The position numbers were made by a program, and so were the translations under genes. From NCBI GenBank assembly GCA_044892525.1, contig CM097885.1, positions 246,698,001-246,762,000 on the forward strand: DNA of 64,000 bases, written 5' to 3'. Below, piece by piece: positions 32,301-47,116 of the stretch. The stretch comes from Schmidtea polychroa (lineage: Eukaryota). The notes under the pieces were generated by a model. It did not search any database. It was not told the DNA's origin and saw only the letters and a list, made by a program, of their open reading frames with translations. Each line of letters starts with the position of its first letter. Position 1 is the first letter of the stretch.

Positions 32301-32406
32301 GGTTATAAATTTATTTATATAAAATAAAAATAATTATTTTAATAATATAATAATAATGATAATAGTAATAATAATAACAAGAGTGATAATGTTGATGGTA
32401 ATATTA

Positions 32407-32407
<1 letters not shown>

Positions 32408-32482
<75 letters not shown>
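32408..32482. repeat. (TAA)n microsatellite
   Basis: Read directly from the sequence. Confidence 0.95.
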
Positions 32483-32485
<3 letters not shown>

Positions 32486-32519
32486 TAAGTTTATATTTTT
32501 ATAAGATTACCACATATGG

Positions 32520-33060
32520 GTGGGGTCATTTACGAAAAATTATGGAATTAATTTTTTTTTGAAATATAATTTAACTCTATACGTAGATGATATAATTCAG
32601 TATACCTAAGGAATAATTAATGGCTACATGATTTGAAGGGGTCGGTGACGAAAAATACAAGTTATATTTTTAAAGGTAATATAAGTTAAATATATCTGAA
32701 AACAAATTAAATTAGTACTTTTGGGTAATCATTAATGACTATATGATCTGAGGGGGGTCATTTATGAAAATTTACAATTTATATTTTTAAATATAATATA
32801 AGTTAAATATATATTAAGATAAGCTAATTTAGTATACTTGGGTAATGGATAATGACTGTATAATTTTGAGGGGGGTCATTCATAAAAATTTACAATTTAT
32901 ATTTTTAATTATAATATAAATTAAATGTATATTATGATAAGCTAATTTAGTATATTTAGGTGGTAGTTGATGACTATATGGTTTATTGGGGGGTCTTTGA
33001 TGAAAAATTTTCAACTGTGATTTTAAAGGTAATCTAAGTTAAGTATAATTTATAGTAATA
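32520..33060 (+). repeat. Diverged ~118-bp tandem repeats
   Basis: gggggtcatt.atgaaaattt...tataagttaaat recurs near 32520, 32636, 32750, 32868 and 32988. Confidence 0.7.
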
Positions 33061-34761
33061 AATTAACTTATATATGTACAGACATCAAATTTAAAAAATA
33101 TAATTCATAGATTTTCATAAATAACCCCTCAGAGCACATAACCATTAATTATTATCTAAATTTGGACTATTATATATTGGTTTCGGCTAATGTATAGTTT
33201 GAGGGGGGTGGGTTTACTTATGAAACAATGTAAGTAATACTTTTATAAGTGTCAAATATACATATATAAGTTAGATTATGAATATGAACATTCGTTTCGA
33301 CGATTTCGTAACTTTGGGGGTAGTTAGGAAAAATAATAATTTTTGCTTTTTTAAGTTTAATATACTTATATATACTATTAATATTAGTTTTATTTTACCT
33401 ATTATACGACTTAGGGGATAGTTAGGAAAGAATTATACATTTTAGTTTTGAGTTTATTATCTAGATATCTATTTTGAATTAGTATTATTAACCTTGATTT
33501 GGACTATTACATAACTTTAGGGGCATTAAGTAAAAAAAATTCTTAACAAAAATTCAATATACATAATTAAGATCTAGAGAAAATTTTTGCCTCTAAATTA
33601 TCATGTCAACAGCTTTTGGATCGAACGAAACCATTTTTATCAGAAAAGAATTTCTACTTTATGAATTTCTATCTTGTAATTACTTAACTCCTGTACCGAC
33701 AATTTACTTTTTATCGTTATTCAACTTAGTATATAAAATGGGGAGACATTACCCGAGTTATAAGTTATAAATATGCCATTAGTAGTTTATAGATAAGGAC
33801 ACTTGGTCAATGTGTTGACGGGAATTTGTGCATACCATTTACGATAGAGAATTATAGTTTACAGCAAAATAGGTTATTTTATAAGTATCTATAGATATAA
33901 GTTCGCTTACCAATGTGATTGAGATTGTATCATCTACTCTTCATATGAATTTCAGGTTGCAGCATTTTGACAGTGAATAGTTCAGAATTTCTTAGTCTTT
34001 AGTTGCCTTAAAAAATTTTGCGCAGGGATCTCCCTGATATTTTGAGTTAGTTAGTTTTTTTTTGAATTTATAGTTTAAGAGGGATTTGTTTAGAAATAAC
34101 CAGCTACACTAGCATGTTGTATTGTGTGAAATTTGAGTCAGGGGATATTCCCCGTTTATCAGTTCCTAATGTTGTGCAAAATAGTATAATTTAAGTGTTA
34201 TTTTAGATATGTAAGTTAACGAAAAGGTCGATTTATTAAAATTTGCCTATTTTCCCGACTACACTGAGTACGGTACGATAGGCCCTATTGTAATATGTAT
34301 CCACAATTAGTTTCCCATAATTACTTCGTCCGCATAGTTCCTGTGACTATGCCGACTACCAAGACGGATTTATACGCCCTACTCCTGGTTAAACATCATT
34401 TGTTCGTGGCGACCTCTGGCAGTTGAAATCATTTTAATGCATGTAGGGACGTGGACCCGAAATCATTGTGAACTGTGCATTCATAAATGATAAATTGCAT
34501 ATGTGCAGGGTTGGCTGGGATCTCGCTTCAAAATCATTGATAACAGACGATCTCACTCAAACCTACACCTCTATAGTTAAATAGAAATAATGAAAACAAG
34601 GTTTCAATAATAATAATTTATAATTCACAATGAAATCGTCCTTACTTACAATCTCAGAAAAATCAAAATCAAAAATTTGGCATAAAAGTAAGCATTAGCC
34701 TTTGCCTTTTTAAAAAGTGACGAAATGTGTCAGTTTATATAGCCTCTATTTGACGTGTAAG

Positions 34762-35137
34762 CAGTGCTCGAAGTGAGGCGGGATAGCCGGGATATTATCC
34801 CGGCATTGATTATGTAGGCGGAATTGCATCCCGGCACTTCATTTCATATAATCTATAGGTTTATCCCGGTACTTATTTCATTTTATAGGCACACAAATAC
34901 TGCAATTAAGGTCACACATAGTACATCCATATATGTATGTATATATATATTCTTTATTCTCTATTCTCTATTCAATTAAGAATTTCCCAAGCAGCAGTAA
35001 TAAATAGGTAGGTATTTGTTGGACACCCCCCAAAGTTTTGCAACACTTCCAACTGAAAATTTCTGCATAAAAGCCTGGAATCCCGGGTGCCACAGCATGC
35101 CTATCCCGGCACATATTTTGTTCCACTTCGAGCACTG
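34762..35137. mobile_element. hAT-type MITE, 376 bp
   Basis: TIRs CAGTGCTCGAAGTG / CACTTCGAGCACTG; perfect 8-bp TSD CGTGTAAG; subterminal atcccgg repeats. Confidence 0.9.
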
Positions 35138-38100
35138 CGTGTAAGTATACATGCGTGCATTGATGCAGTAAAACAAATTAGGATGATTTTAATTCTCGAA
35201 CATTCGATTTTTAATTTTTATCGATTTTGATGGCGATTTTTCAGTAAGAATTTTTGTTTTTTATTTTTGAATTATTTTTCATTAAATTTGCCTCCATGAT
35301 GGATTTCAGCCTTTCCAGAACATTCCATGCTAAATTTAATCTATTTCTTATTTTTAAATTGCTTTTTTATGATTTCTTTTCTAAAATTTTTATATTTTAA
35401 ACTAAAATATTTATTTTTTATAAATTTTATTTGGTCGTTTGGCGGTCATGATGGATTTCGCCAGTTTTTGGATTGTTCTGAATTTTTATTCAAAATTTTG
35501 ATATAATTTTCTTTACCTAAGATTTTGTGGAGATTTTCTTTAATTTTCTTTTTTTTAATTTTTACTAATCGCCTTTATTCGAATTTGTTTTAGTTGTTTT
35601 ATGTCTTTCGGTTATGTTTGAGTAGGTTTTTGTGTAATACTTCTTGCTCGTGTTTTATTTTATTTTTAATTCAGATGTTTTATTTTTGGGTATATTATCT
35701 CTCTATTATCATTGTTTACTTGGTGTTTTATATATTTTTATTTAAGTAAACTTAATGCTGGGTATGCGTGTTGTGTACTGACACATTTCGTCCCATTCCT
35801 AACTTTGGGTTTAGAAATCAGTTCTAGCCCAACACAAGTGTCCTACCTAGGACATCATGAACAAAATTTTAACATCCTTTGACCTATTGCAAGTAAGTGG
35901 ACTATAGCAATGACAACGTTATCGTCATCGGTTGATAATCACGACTTTCATAAAGATTATTTAGATTTAATTTGCTGCGTAACTAGATGGATATTGCTTA
36001 TGTTGGGCTGAGCCGAAAGATAGCTGGGAAATCAGGTTAAACTTAACTAAAGAAAAATAAAAAATAAAATAAATAGATCGAGGAATAAAATAGAATAGAA
36101 CATAAGAAAAGTAATAATTAGAAAATAAGAATTAAAACAAAAAACATAAAAATAAGAACAATTAAATAGGACAATAGAATGACGAAAAATAACGTAAAAG
36201 GTAGTAGATAATAAGGAAATTAAGGAAAATAAATAAAAACATAATTTTAATAAAGAAAATAAGAAGAAATAACCCAAAAACAAGGAAAATAAATTAAATG
36301 AATAAAATAAGGCGGTACTCAATTCTGATTGGTCCGCATAAACAAAAAATACCTATATAAGTAAGCAGCAAATTCACTATAATCAATGTTAAAATCAAAC
36401 CAATTATAGGTAAGAATAGTATTAACTATATGAAATCAATGTTAAAATCAAACCAATTATAGGTACTCGACAATCAGGAAAACCAAACCATACTCAGACA
36501 ACTATTAGGGACAGTTCTATAGACTACTCATTCATATAACCGATTGGATCAGTTTATATTTCGGCTCAGCCTTTGGAACTACAGAATTTTTCAAATAATA
36601 AAGTAAGGATGTATTACTATTATGAAATTTGTTTTTGAAAGATTTAAATATTTCTATTATATTAACCTAACTTTTGAATAAAAACTTCTCCATTCGGTTT
36701 CGATCTTTTAACGATTTTATGGTTCATAAATTAATTTACAGGTCAATGAATTATAAATATTTATGTTATGTTTTGTCATCAAATGTATTGATCATGCTAA
36801 AATTATTTGTTTTGAGAAACGTGGAGTTGAGGAGACCCACGCCATGGTATGAGGAGCCTTCGGGAGCTCAGCCGGCGGGTGTGGATCTCTTCAATCACGC
36901 AGCTGACGTGGGCCGGAATGTGGGGGCTTCCTCACGGGTCCGTCGCTGAGGGAAATAAAATGCTGCAAGCACGAGTTTAAAGTGTAGAGGAATATATTCC
37001 AATATTGAAAAGTAGAGCAAATCTGAATTGAAAATGACTGAGGTGGCTACGAACTCTTCCAAGTATGAGAATCTCATTTTCTTAGGTACTATACTTTGAA
37101 ATTTTCGTCTAACATCATGAATTAGTCTAGATCGACTATTCACTTCCGTGATACTCTATCCTCTTGCGATAAATCCCCTTTTCGTCAAAATTCATGTCAA
37201 TTTTCATCTTAACTGATAGAACCCAAGAACTAATACATTCACTCTGATGTTATGCAGTAGTATAGGAAGTATATATGGAAGATCACTGAACGCTTTTATT
37301 TACTAAAAATATATTTGGAGGAGTACGTTATTGTTTTATCAAAAGCGCCTTAACTCTTTCTGAAATCCCCAATAGCCGTAATCTAAAGTCCGTTCAGTAA
37401 AAGACCTTCTGGCCTCATAACACAGTAAACATACAAGGAGAATTTACAAAAGTATTTAATTAAAAAGATAAAATTTCGTAAAAAATTATTTATTTTCATT
37501 AAAAAATTATAATTCTGAGTTACCAGTAGTAGGAGCATAATAATCATTTCGGGAAGTTACTCTTGATAGATGTCGCCAAGATGAGGAAGGGCTTGAGCGA
37601 GTTGATAAAATCTCCACCGGACAGGATATTCTGATGTAAAGCGAGAGAGGCAGTATAATAAAAAATTTTCCAAATTTTCGTGTTTGCTGAGAACTAAACA
37701 GTAGATTCATATCGGAGCTGAATGATTAAATTCCAAAAATCGATGTAATCCAAGTTCGGCAGCATAGATAAAATATGAACATGTACAGTGAGAAGATATA
37801 GTCTGTCTGTAAGTATGCAGTGAATGAGATTGAGCAATCACCTGCAGGTAGAATCACATGTACAATAGCGAACAATTGCATATGGCTTAGTCGATGTGAT
37901 ACTCATGCTGCCGGTACGGTAGCAGTGAATTCACAATTTAATCATCGATAATGAGAAAGTCGAATCCCATTGCACACACATGGTGAACACCAACTTTTCT
38001 GAGAGATCTGAACACTAAGCCAGTTAACGAGGAGGCATGCAACAGATGGTTTGCATCATACGTGTCATACAACTAGAATAGAAATTAGACTAGTCTAACT

Positions 38101-38590
38101 TATCAGCAGTGTGATTGATCAAACAGAGCAAAGTCCATTTGACTGTAAAGTTTTTGTAATCGCACGCATTTACAATTAACTCAAATTAGAGTATTATAAT
38201 CACGAATAAACTCAAATCTTTTAATTAATTTATTATCCCGATGTATTGCACCTGTCTGAATTGTTTTGCTGATAGTAAAGTCGAATCTGGTCACGCTCAT
38301 GTATTGACAAGTTTTCTTAATCCGCAATAAAATTATCATGTTGGGCAAAAAGGGGGAGAGTTAATTTATTAACCCGTAAACCTATAATTACTTTACGGAT
38401 GTAATATCGATCAACAGGAAGTTTCGCTAACAGTCATTCCGTTTTCTTCTTGTCGGTCATTTCAACCCACGAATGTGATGTAGGGAATTTATGAGCCTTA
38501 ATAAATAATTACGCTACTCTGATGGATTAGTAGAGCTAGCCAATTTTCGTCTTATCTCTATTATTCTATCTTCATTATAGCTATCAAAAG

Positions 38591-39334
38591 ATGCTGCCAA
38601 GCACGAAATCGCCCATCAAACCCTGCTTCTCCTGCTCGGATAAAAATACCGTAATCCGAGAATTACAGGCCCAGGTCGGTCGATATAAAAAGAAGATCGA
38701 CGATCTGGAAGGTACATGGTTTAGCCCAGTACAAATGAAGGAAGTTCAAAAGAAATTGTACCGCAGTGAGCATTGTCGCGATGCTTTGATAAGCGAAAGT
38801 AGAGCTCAGCGTAGCCTAATCAAAGAGCAGTCCGAAGCTCTACATAAAGTTTACGTTCAAGCCGCTACAACCCGAAGGATTGTTAGTATTCCGATTAAAG
38901 AAGCGGACAATGTCTTCCCCGTTCACCATGAACCTTCATTTAGTTCGCCACCCTTGTCGAAAAGATCTTGTCAGGAATGTGTGGAGGCCGACCTCTCCCC
39001 CAGGCCATCGGACGTACCTACTACCGGCACTGGCAAGGTATTGCATTCAGCCACGACGTCCTCGGCAATCTTGTCGGCCAACCCCTCAAAACCTAAGCGC
39101 CGCCAATTGTCCAGAGCGGAGCGTAAAAAGCGCCAACGTGAACGAGCAATTGTCAAACAACGAGAACTATCTGTCAACCACCCAAGTGCTTCGAATGATC
39201 CACCCGTAACGATCGATCTGACCGTAGGAATCCCAGGGCGAATCATATCTGCCGCTGGTGTGACTTGGGAGGAGAATGCCTCCGAGTTTTTTGATCTAGA
39301 TGAGCTATTGGCGGATGCGGGGTGGGAGAAGTGA
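38591..39334 (+). CDS. Orphan 247-aa ORF (CxxC, coiled coil, NLS-like segment, acidic C-terminus), possibly transposon-associated
   Basis: Intact ORF, much more GC-rich than its surroundings. A polypyrimidine/AG acceptor lies just upstream (38580) and AATAAA lies near 39466. No family recognised. Confidence 0.45.
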   Translation: MLPSTKSPIKPCFSCSDKNTVIRELQAQVGRYKKKIDDLEGTWFSPVQMKEVQKKLYRSEHCRDALISESRAQRSLIKEQSEALHKVYVQAATTRRIVSIPIKEADNVFPVHHEPSFSSPPLSKRSCQECVEADLSPRPSDVPTTGTGKVLHSATTSSAILSANPSKPKRRQLSRAERKKRQRERAIVKQRELSVNHPSASNDPPVTIDLTVGIPGRIISAAGVTWEENASEFFDLDELLADAGWEK

Positions 39335-42300
39335 TGGCCGCAACACAATGCAACCGTGCAGGGTGCGAATGGACAAATATACTATCTTGACTCTTTTTCT
39401 TCTTAATCTATTCTCCACCAAGTGTACTTGTTATGTAGTGTATAATTATCTAATGTATCATGATAATAAAATAAAGAAATATTTGGTTAAATTTTTGTTG
39501 TTGTTTAAATCTAACTAGCTGTGATAAAGGTTCAGCGTAGTGTTCGCCAAGCGAGAGTAAAGTTTGAGTTCGAGAGGCAGTGGTCAATTTTGTGCCGAAT
39601 AATGGGTCAGGGTAGAGGGAGAATCTGATGAGGTAAACAGACGTAAGTCCTTCCATCGGCCGTCAGAAAAGGGAAGTCGAGGCCTCAGTAAGGAGTAGTC
39701 CTAAGGTAGGGGCTCACCTGCTTACTGGAGTCTCGCCGACATAGCACATTTCCAACGTGAAGCAATTCGCGGGTGCTATGTTGGAGGGCAAGTTGTGCGG
39801 GGTCCTGCTCCAGGTTGACACGGGCGTATGTAGCGTAATGATATGGGCGCGCCCCCCCTAGACAAGGACGTAGATTGAGCAGAGTCAACCAAGCACTACC
39901 TCAGCACTTATGAAGGTCATCATATTGACTGTAACCCTAGTTAGGATAGACCAAACCATGTACTGATGCAACAATACTTCAATAGATTATCCATCTACCT
40001 CACCAGTAAGCATTGCACATACCTATATGAAATTGTGGTTCAAAGAAATCGAAAATACTAAGGAATGGCTATCTGGTATATCATATTTCTGTACAACTTA
40101 TACTCATTAAGCCTCGACAGTTCAATGGATTAAAAATATAATCATAAATGTGTTGACTTAATTACAGAGCCATCGCAATTCACATGACATACCATATGAA
40201 ATGAGAATCAGTAAATGAGGATCAAGATGACTTTGTGATTATAAAGTATTACAATAAGTTTGTTTTAATTTCTTTAAAATTTAAAAAGTCATCACGATTA
40301 TTCAATCATTGATTTCCTTCAGGTTCAACCGAACTTCTTAAATACTATTTGATGACTAAATTATAAATTGAAAATATTGCTATAAAATAAAGTAAAATAA
40401 TATATTAAAATATAATTAAATCTAATGTCAAATCTTAAAATGTTTCTACTACTTTTTCTAGAAATTGAGAACTCAAAATAATATATTCAGCTGTTGTATA
40501 TTGTATATCAGTATAATACGAAGCCTCAATTATCATATATTTAATTTATTTGTTTGAAAAAATTATTAAAGATATTTGAAGTTAGAAATTTTGTAATTAA
40601 ACTATAACAAGTGGAATACTATTATATCAAAGAATAATATCAAAAAAATGTATTTACAAATATTTCGAATTAATAAATAATAAAAAGTAATTTAAGAAAA
40701 TAAAAATCTATAGGTAAATTTAAAAATAGCTAAAATAATATAATAAATAATTCCAATAAATATAGTTAAAAATAAAATAAGTAATAGAAATAAATATGGA
40801 GTGAATTCTGCATTATACGACATATTACTTCGAAATAATCGATCCTTGAAAAATAATTAATAATTTAATAAACAACTCTCTAATATTACTTCATAAAATT
40901 CCATGGTTAAAAAATATCTAATATTTCATTAATAACGATGAATAATATTAAAACAAGTTATTAATCAAACTAAAATTTTTTTAAATACTTATTTGAGAAT
41001 TTTTAAAAAATCCTTACTTCAAAAGAAATGAGAAAATTTGAGAATTTATTTTATTTTAAAAATTTTTACATGATATTTTTGATATTTGATATATTGACAT
41101 GATATTTGAGAATTTATTTTATTTTAAAAATTTTTACATGAGTATCAGTTTGATATTAACACAATATTTCAAAAAATATTTTATCAATGATTTAATTGAA
41201 TGTTGTTATTGAATCATAGAAGGATTCATAATCCTTTATTGATGGTTAAAACAAGTCATAATCATTGATTGAGCAACTTGAAAAGACTGCAGTATGACCA
41301 AAGTCAATTTAAACATCAATGCAAGATTCTCATTAACACATAGATAGTTGATCAGTATTGCCTGATTATTTTCAATCATCTGAGTTTACCAATTCGGAAA
41401 TAATAACATAATAGTGGTGGGTTACAAGTATGGGAAATGTCTTATTTCTATACGCCTGTCCATGCTTTCACTATTTCTACTTCCCCTCGCAACTGTGCAT
41501 AATTAGTTTATTCAACCACTAAACGCCGGTCGCAAGTGACGTTGATAATGTGATATAGAGGATAGCTGCACATAAAAGATGAGCCCCGACATAGGGATTG
41601 CTAATAACCTGACTCAATACAATAAAATTATTCATATTATACAATGGTTTTGTTTTAATTAAGTCGTGTTTAAATTATTGTTAATGTTATTTATTGTCAA
41701 TTCAAATTATGTTGAGAAATTCATACTATCTCTGTCTTCGAGATGATAGATCATTTTAATTGATTCTCAATTTATTCAATATCTGTTACTACTAACTCAT
41801 TTAAATTTAGTTAAACCTAAATCAGACAGCCTTTCTTATTTGAGTTAAAATGATTAAATATTCTTACAAGACAAAACCTTTTATAAACCTTCTATTACCG
41901 CTAACCCTTTCACTGCATAATATACTTTCAGATTTTGGTGGTCGTTGTGTGCACATAATTCTAATATTGTATTTTATTCGTGTAAAACAATCGCCTGACA
42001 GCTAGTTTGTTACACAATATCGCTTGAGGCTCTCAAAGGGTAAAAATTGAAGCAATAGCAATGACCCGGTATTTGAACTTGCCCGTAACTATCACGTTAA
42101 ATTAATTCAATAGACATAGCCCAAAATTGTTTTCTAATGTAATATTTGATATTCTTAGTTACGTAAAGTAAAAGTTGATGCTATTTTGTGTGCGGTATTC
42201 ATCATAAATCAAACAACTTTAGGTTTATTTTACTTTTTGCCTGAAAAAACAATAAATTTCTTTCGTAACTGTGCGAAAAATCCAAACAGTTCTAAAACTT

Positions 42301-43625
42301 GATAACCAGAATAAAGATGTTAAATTAAAAATTTTATAGAATCAACTTTTGATAGAAATTTCAGCTCATAACAAATAATATTATTTTATATCAACAAATT
42401 GGAAATAAAACGTTCTTGTTTAAACCCATCATTTCAAACTGTTAAGTTGATTACATCAGTTTTTAATTTAAAAATTTGTCTTAAAAGTTAAGATTTCATA
42501 GTTATTTATTTGTAGAAAAAAAAGTTTCTAATATTGATTAAAAATATATGTCTACTTCAACAATTTTTAAGGAGGAAATAGAATATTTTTCAAAAAAGGT
42601 ATAATTTGATTCATAATTTTTTGTTATATTTTCGTCAGGGAAAATGGAGAAAATGTATTTGTGAAATTCAATTTTTGTTGAGGATCAAAAGTAAATATAT
42701 AGAATTATTTAATATTTTATTCAAATTATGTAAAACTAAAATTATTTTGATTACATTAATACACTTAAATTCCAATTATTGAATTTCAATTTAGTTATTT
42801 ATTATTTGAAAAGTATAATTTTTAAATTACATTTAAATTTAATTTTAAAACTATTATTTAAAATTGATGTCACAATTTTTTATTATCCTAATTTTAAAGT
42901 GATTTACACGAATTAAAGGTTAACATTTTTTGAAATTTTGTATGAAATTAATTTGTATAGAATATCACATTTAACTTTTATAAACAACTCTGAAAACTAA
43001 AGCCATTGTTTTATTTAATATCTTGATAATAAAAAAAGATTAGCCGAAATTGTTAGAATTATTTGAACTATCTATATTAGCGACCAGCAACCCAAATGCG
43101 TTAGAATGTTATGAAGTAGGTAATTAAAAGTATTGGCAATTCCGCGTGGCACTGAAATGAAATTAGAAGTCTATATTAATACAATATTATTTGACTATAA
43201 TATACAAACTACTTACAAATATTAAGGCAAATGACGTGAAATTACAGTTTCGTGTATATTCTATCGCCCGATTCCCACTAAAGATATATTTTTTACTTAT
43301 ACCCAGTAAGATTAAGGCGATAAATCGTAGTTTTTTAAGAATGCTACCAAAAAACCTTGCACGTGCCATTGGTTGCGATTGGTGCTCTTTACGATAAACT
43401 CTCTGACACACGCGCACAATTCAATATTTCAACTTCGAAAGAAAACATGATACAAAGATTACCATGAAATTTACTGAATTGGTAATCAAGTTAATTAAAT
43501 ATTTAAATGAATGTAATTATCTGAAAATTCACTGACTAATCCAAGATTCCACAAGGTCTAAGGAATGTTATGAAACTAATTGAGCAGCTGTTACGTTTTC
43601 AGCTATAAAAACAACATATTCAAGA

Positions 43626-44244
43626 CTAATGAGATACGGTCTCGGTGTGAGTGCCGGTGTCCGGATCCACGAAGTTATACTTGTGGTTGACCTTGAAGTG
43701 CTCGAATCCAGCCTTTTCCAGCTCCTTTGACTTGTAAGCGTACCAACTGTCTGAGAAGATGGTGGTGCCTTTCTTGATGTGCTTCTTGATCTCTTTCATC
43801 AGAGTCCTCGCGCTTCGGTCCGCAAATTGAACAAGGAAGCACTCACCTGTATCACGGCAAAGTCCTCCAAAGATCCACTGTTGAGGCAACACCCGTGCTG
43901 TATTGTTCTTGCGCTTGGTGAAAATCGACTCGTCAATCTCCACAATTGTGTCTTCGCCTCCGATCTTCTGTTGTGGACGTTGGCTTAACTCCTCGGCGAC
44001 GGCACCTCTCATGTACCTTCTTCTTGTAAGACTTGATGTTACATTTCCAAAAAATGCGGGTGCCAAAGTAGAGCTTCATTTCGTGACCGTTCAGACAGAT
44101 TTGATTTGCTGGCAAGATGCCCTTCTTTTGAAGAAACGCAACGGCCTCCTCGGTGCTCGGCAGGTTAAAGATATTCATTCTAATCAAAATAGTTGAAGTA
44201 CTGTGTAACAAGAATGAACAAGTACCGATATTCATTCTAATCAA
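43626..44244 (-). pseudogene. Merlin (IS1595/ISXO2-like) transposase fragment
   Basis: IGGEDTIVEIDES, QWIFGG, TIFSDSW and VNHKYNFVDPDTGTHTETV. The N-terminal part is in another frame and the 3' end is truncated. Confidence 0.88.
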
Positions 44245-44489
44245 AATTCAGTCTAACAAGAATGGGCTCAAACGAAAAAATTTACTGGGGGTCCCGATAA
44301 TGAACAAGTAACCATGTCGCTTACTTAACTTTTCACAATAAATATGTAAGGGTAATTTTATGATAGTGTTTGATTGGCGAATGTTAGTCAACTCATTTAA
44401 AGTCTACGTTTTCAAAATCTAAGTTCATTTAACAAATGGATTGCCAACCTAATGCTAGATAAATTTAAACAGTTCCTGTGGAATGTTTA

Positions 44490-45100
44490 CCCATTTTTCT
44501 GAGAGACCAATTTCGAACTCTTGAAGCGATCGTAATGGGATTGGTTGAACAGATACACGTCTACATTCAATCCAATAAACATGCAGGTCAGTTCAGGAGA
44601 TCAATACTTTCTTGAAGCACTCTTGTACGAAATCTGCACGTTAATAAACTTTATTATCCATATAAATGAATTCTTGAGCAACTATTCGCACCAGAATTTT
44701 ATCCCGATCCTTTTGAGCTACTAAGGAACTGTATCTGATGAAATGTAGATCAATATGATCACATATACTTATTTCAGTCTATTATCCAACTTTAACCTTG
44801 AAGTTAGTGTTTTTCACAAATAAACTGTTGATTATTTCTTGTCGTTTATCTGGTTACAAACTGCATCTGACTTCGTCAGTAAAAAAATTCTTTGGGCTCT
44901 TTTGTGATTTGCAGTAATTGGTTTTCGAACATATGCCATGACGATGAACTACTAGAATCTATGTTGATATTAGTCTCCCTATTGCTACAGTAAGTTCGTT
45001 TCAAAGGGTTATTTTGTTAAATGTTCCATTTCTCTTGGCATAATCTCTTGAAGTTTTGGATGGGTGACCTTGATCTTGTTTTTTTAGTAAACATTTACAT
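44490..45100 (-). pseudogene. Highly decayed Tc1/mariner transposase remnant
   Basis: Fragments YVRKPITANHKRA..IFFTDE and SPELT...RRVSVQPIPLRSLQE occur in broken frames. Confidence 0.4.
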
Positions 45101-45314
45101 TCTCCAGAAAGCGATATTACGCCGTAAAATTACTCCTTGTAATACAGGACGTGCTTGAGCGACGATTTGCTATATGTACCTACCTCCTAAACGATAAATG
45201 GCTTTTACAATGCATGTTATACTTCCTACCACATTCTAAAACGACTAAAATATTTCGATAAATATTAATATCGTTTTGTACACAGTTACATAATCTACAA
45301 ACGTTCTATATTAA

Positions 45315-45412
45315 CCGTTTGCCCGATATCATGGTATGATTTTTTTAAAGTTTTGTAGAACGTCTGGAACAAAATTCGTGACCAGCACTGCTGGCCTACC
45401 GTCCGCAAACGG
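45315..45412. mobile_element. Short piggyBac-like MITE, 98 bp
   Basis: TTAA-CCGTTTGC...GCAAACGG-TTAA; the TIR is only 8 bp. Confidence 0.5.
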
Positions 45413-46565
45413 TTAAGAATATTTTAGTATAAATTATTTGTAAATTATTTTTATAACTTTACAATTTACAAGAAGGCCAAAATATCTTCTAATTATTTTT
45501 GATAGTGTACATTCACTAGAGGCCACCATTTTATAAGTATAGCACAATTTCACATAAATTATACATGACGTGGCCCAAACTAAAACTGTAGATGTCAGAC
45601 ATATGTCCAATATGACAAGTATAATCATGTATAGGTGTCAGACGTAAACGAGGTGATCACTTAAATGAAAAAATCAAATTTAATAAACAAAAATTTAAAA
45701 TTACCATTTCAATTGAGGAACAATAGAAACAAATGCATTAAAATTACTGATACAGCCTATTCACTCATTGAACATCTGAACATCAGTGATTGAGTAGCAT
45801 GACCTGAACTTAAGATGGCCTAGAATTCTAGAACAATTCACATATCATTATTTTTTACAATGCTTTCTTTAAAAAATTAAACAAGAAAGGGTTGTATTAC
45901 ACTTCATTTTGGATTTTTGGATTTTTGTTATGGATTTTTGTTTGGTGAAATAGAAAGAGTAAAATCAATTCGTCGTTTTATTGTTTTCTAAAATGAAATG
46001 TTTTAAGTTTGATTTCTCCATTCATATAGTGATCCTGTTGATTATAACTTCAACTAGAATTCCAAGATATTTTATGAAATGCGTATCTTTATAAGTTCTG
46101 TTGAAATTCATTAAATTCTTAGATTTGTGTTCACTAGATTGAACTTGTCCCCTGAAATTCGAACCAATTCGCCGATTGCTTCTCACTGTCTTTTTCAGTG
46201 AATTCCAATTGATATTATCTCCGCTCAACGAGTCAATGATTAAATCACTATAAAGAACCTTTCATATCACACTTCATCGATTTTATCTTCTTTGTATTCA
46301 CCTAAGTTTCTGCTATATACATTGGTATGAAAATTGTTTCACCTTTTTTAAATTCCAAAATCTTCAATTAAAATTCTAAAATAAATTCGAGAATCACAGA
46401 TAATTATATTCCAATAGAAAATGAGTTTAAAAATTTTGAATGAAATCACACAAAACAAAACATAGCTTGATTCCAAAAAACCACTCAAATTCGATCAATT
46501 CAAAACACTAGATCAACGAAGAAATTTGTAATGAACACAAATAGGATAACATGCAAAGCTTGAAA

Positions 46566-47085
46566 CAGTATCGGGTCACCCATTAGGTACAATAAGCGCG
46601 CGCTTAGGGACTCAAAATCTTAGGGGCCTCTAAACGTAACTTGATTTATTCATTTTATTGCATTCATTAAAGTAGAAGACGTCACAAATCCTTTTGAAAT
46701 GTACAAATTATTAATTAGAGGTTTGCAATCTACGTTTCAGAATCTGAAAACAATTCTAAACATCTTTTTGACAATACCGATTTGTAAGGCCAGTGCCGAT
46801 CGTCAATTTTCTGTTCTAAAAAGAGTTAAAAATTATTTAAGAAATTCGTTAACTCAGGCTCATTTTAGTCATTTGTCAATGATGTTTATAGAAAACGATG
46901 TAGTTCAATCTTTGTAGTACGAATCTACTATTGATAAATTCGCTCAGCTTAAAGCGGGAAAAGTTCCACTTTTCCCTTGTATGTACAGTATATGTACCCA
47001 TTGTAACAATATAATGATTTTCTATTTAATAGGCAATGTAAATATAATTCTGATATGTAATGTTTTTTTTATTTTTATTACTAAA

Positions 47086-47116
<31 letters not shown>

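Noticed and set aside
32356-32562. Poly-Ile ORFs here and at 58253..58501
   Set aside because: These are translations of (TAA)n microsatellites.
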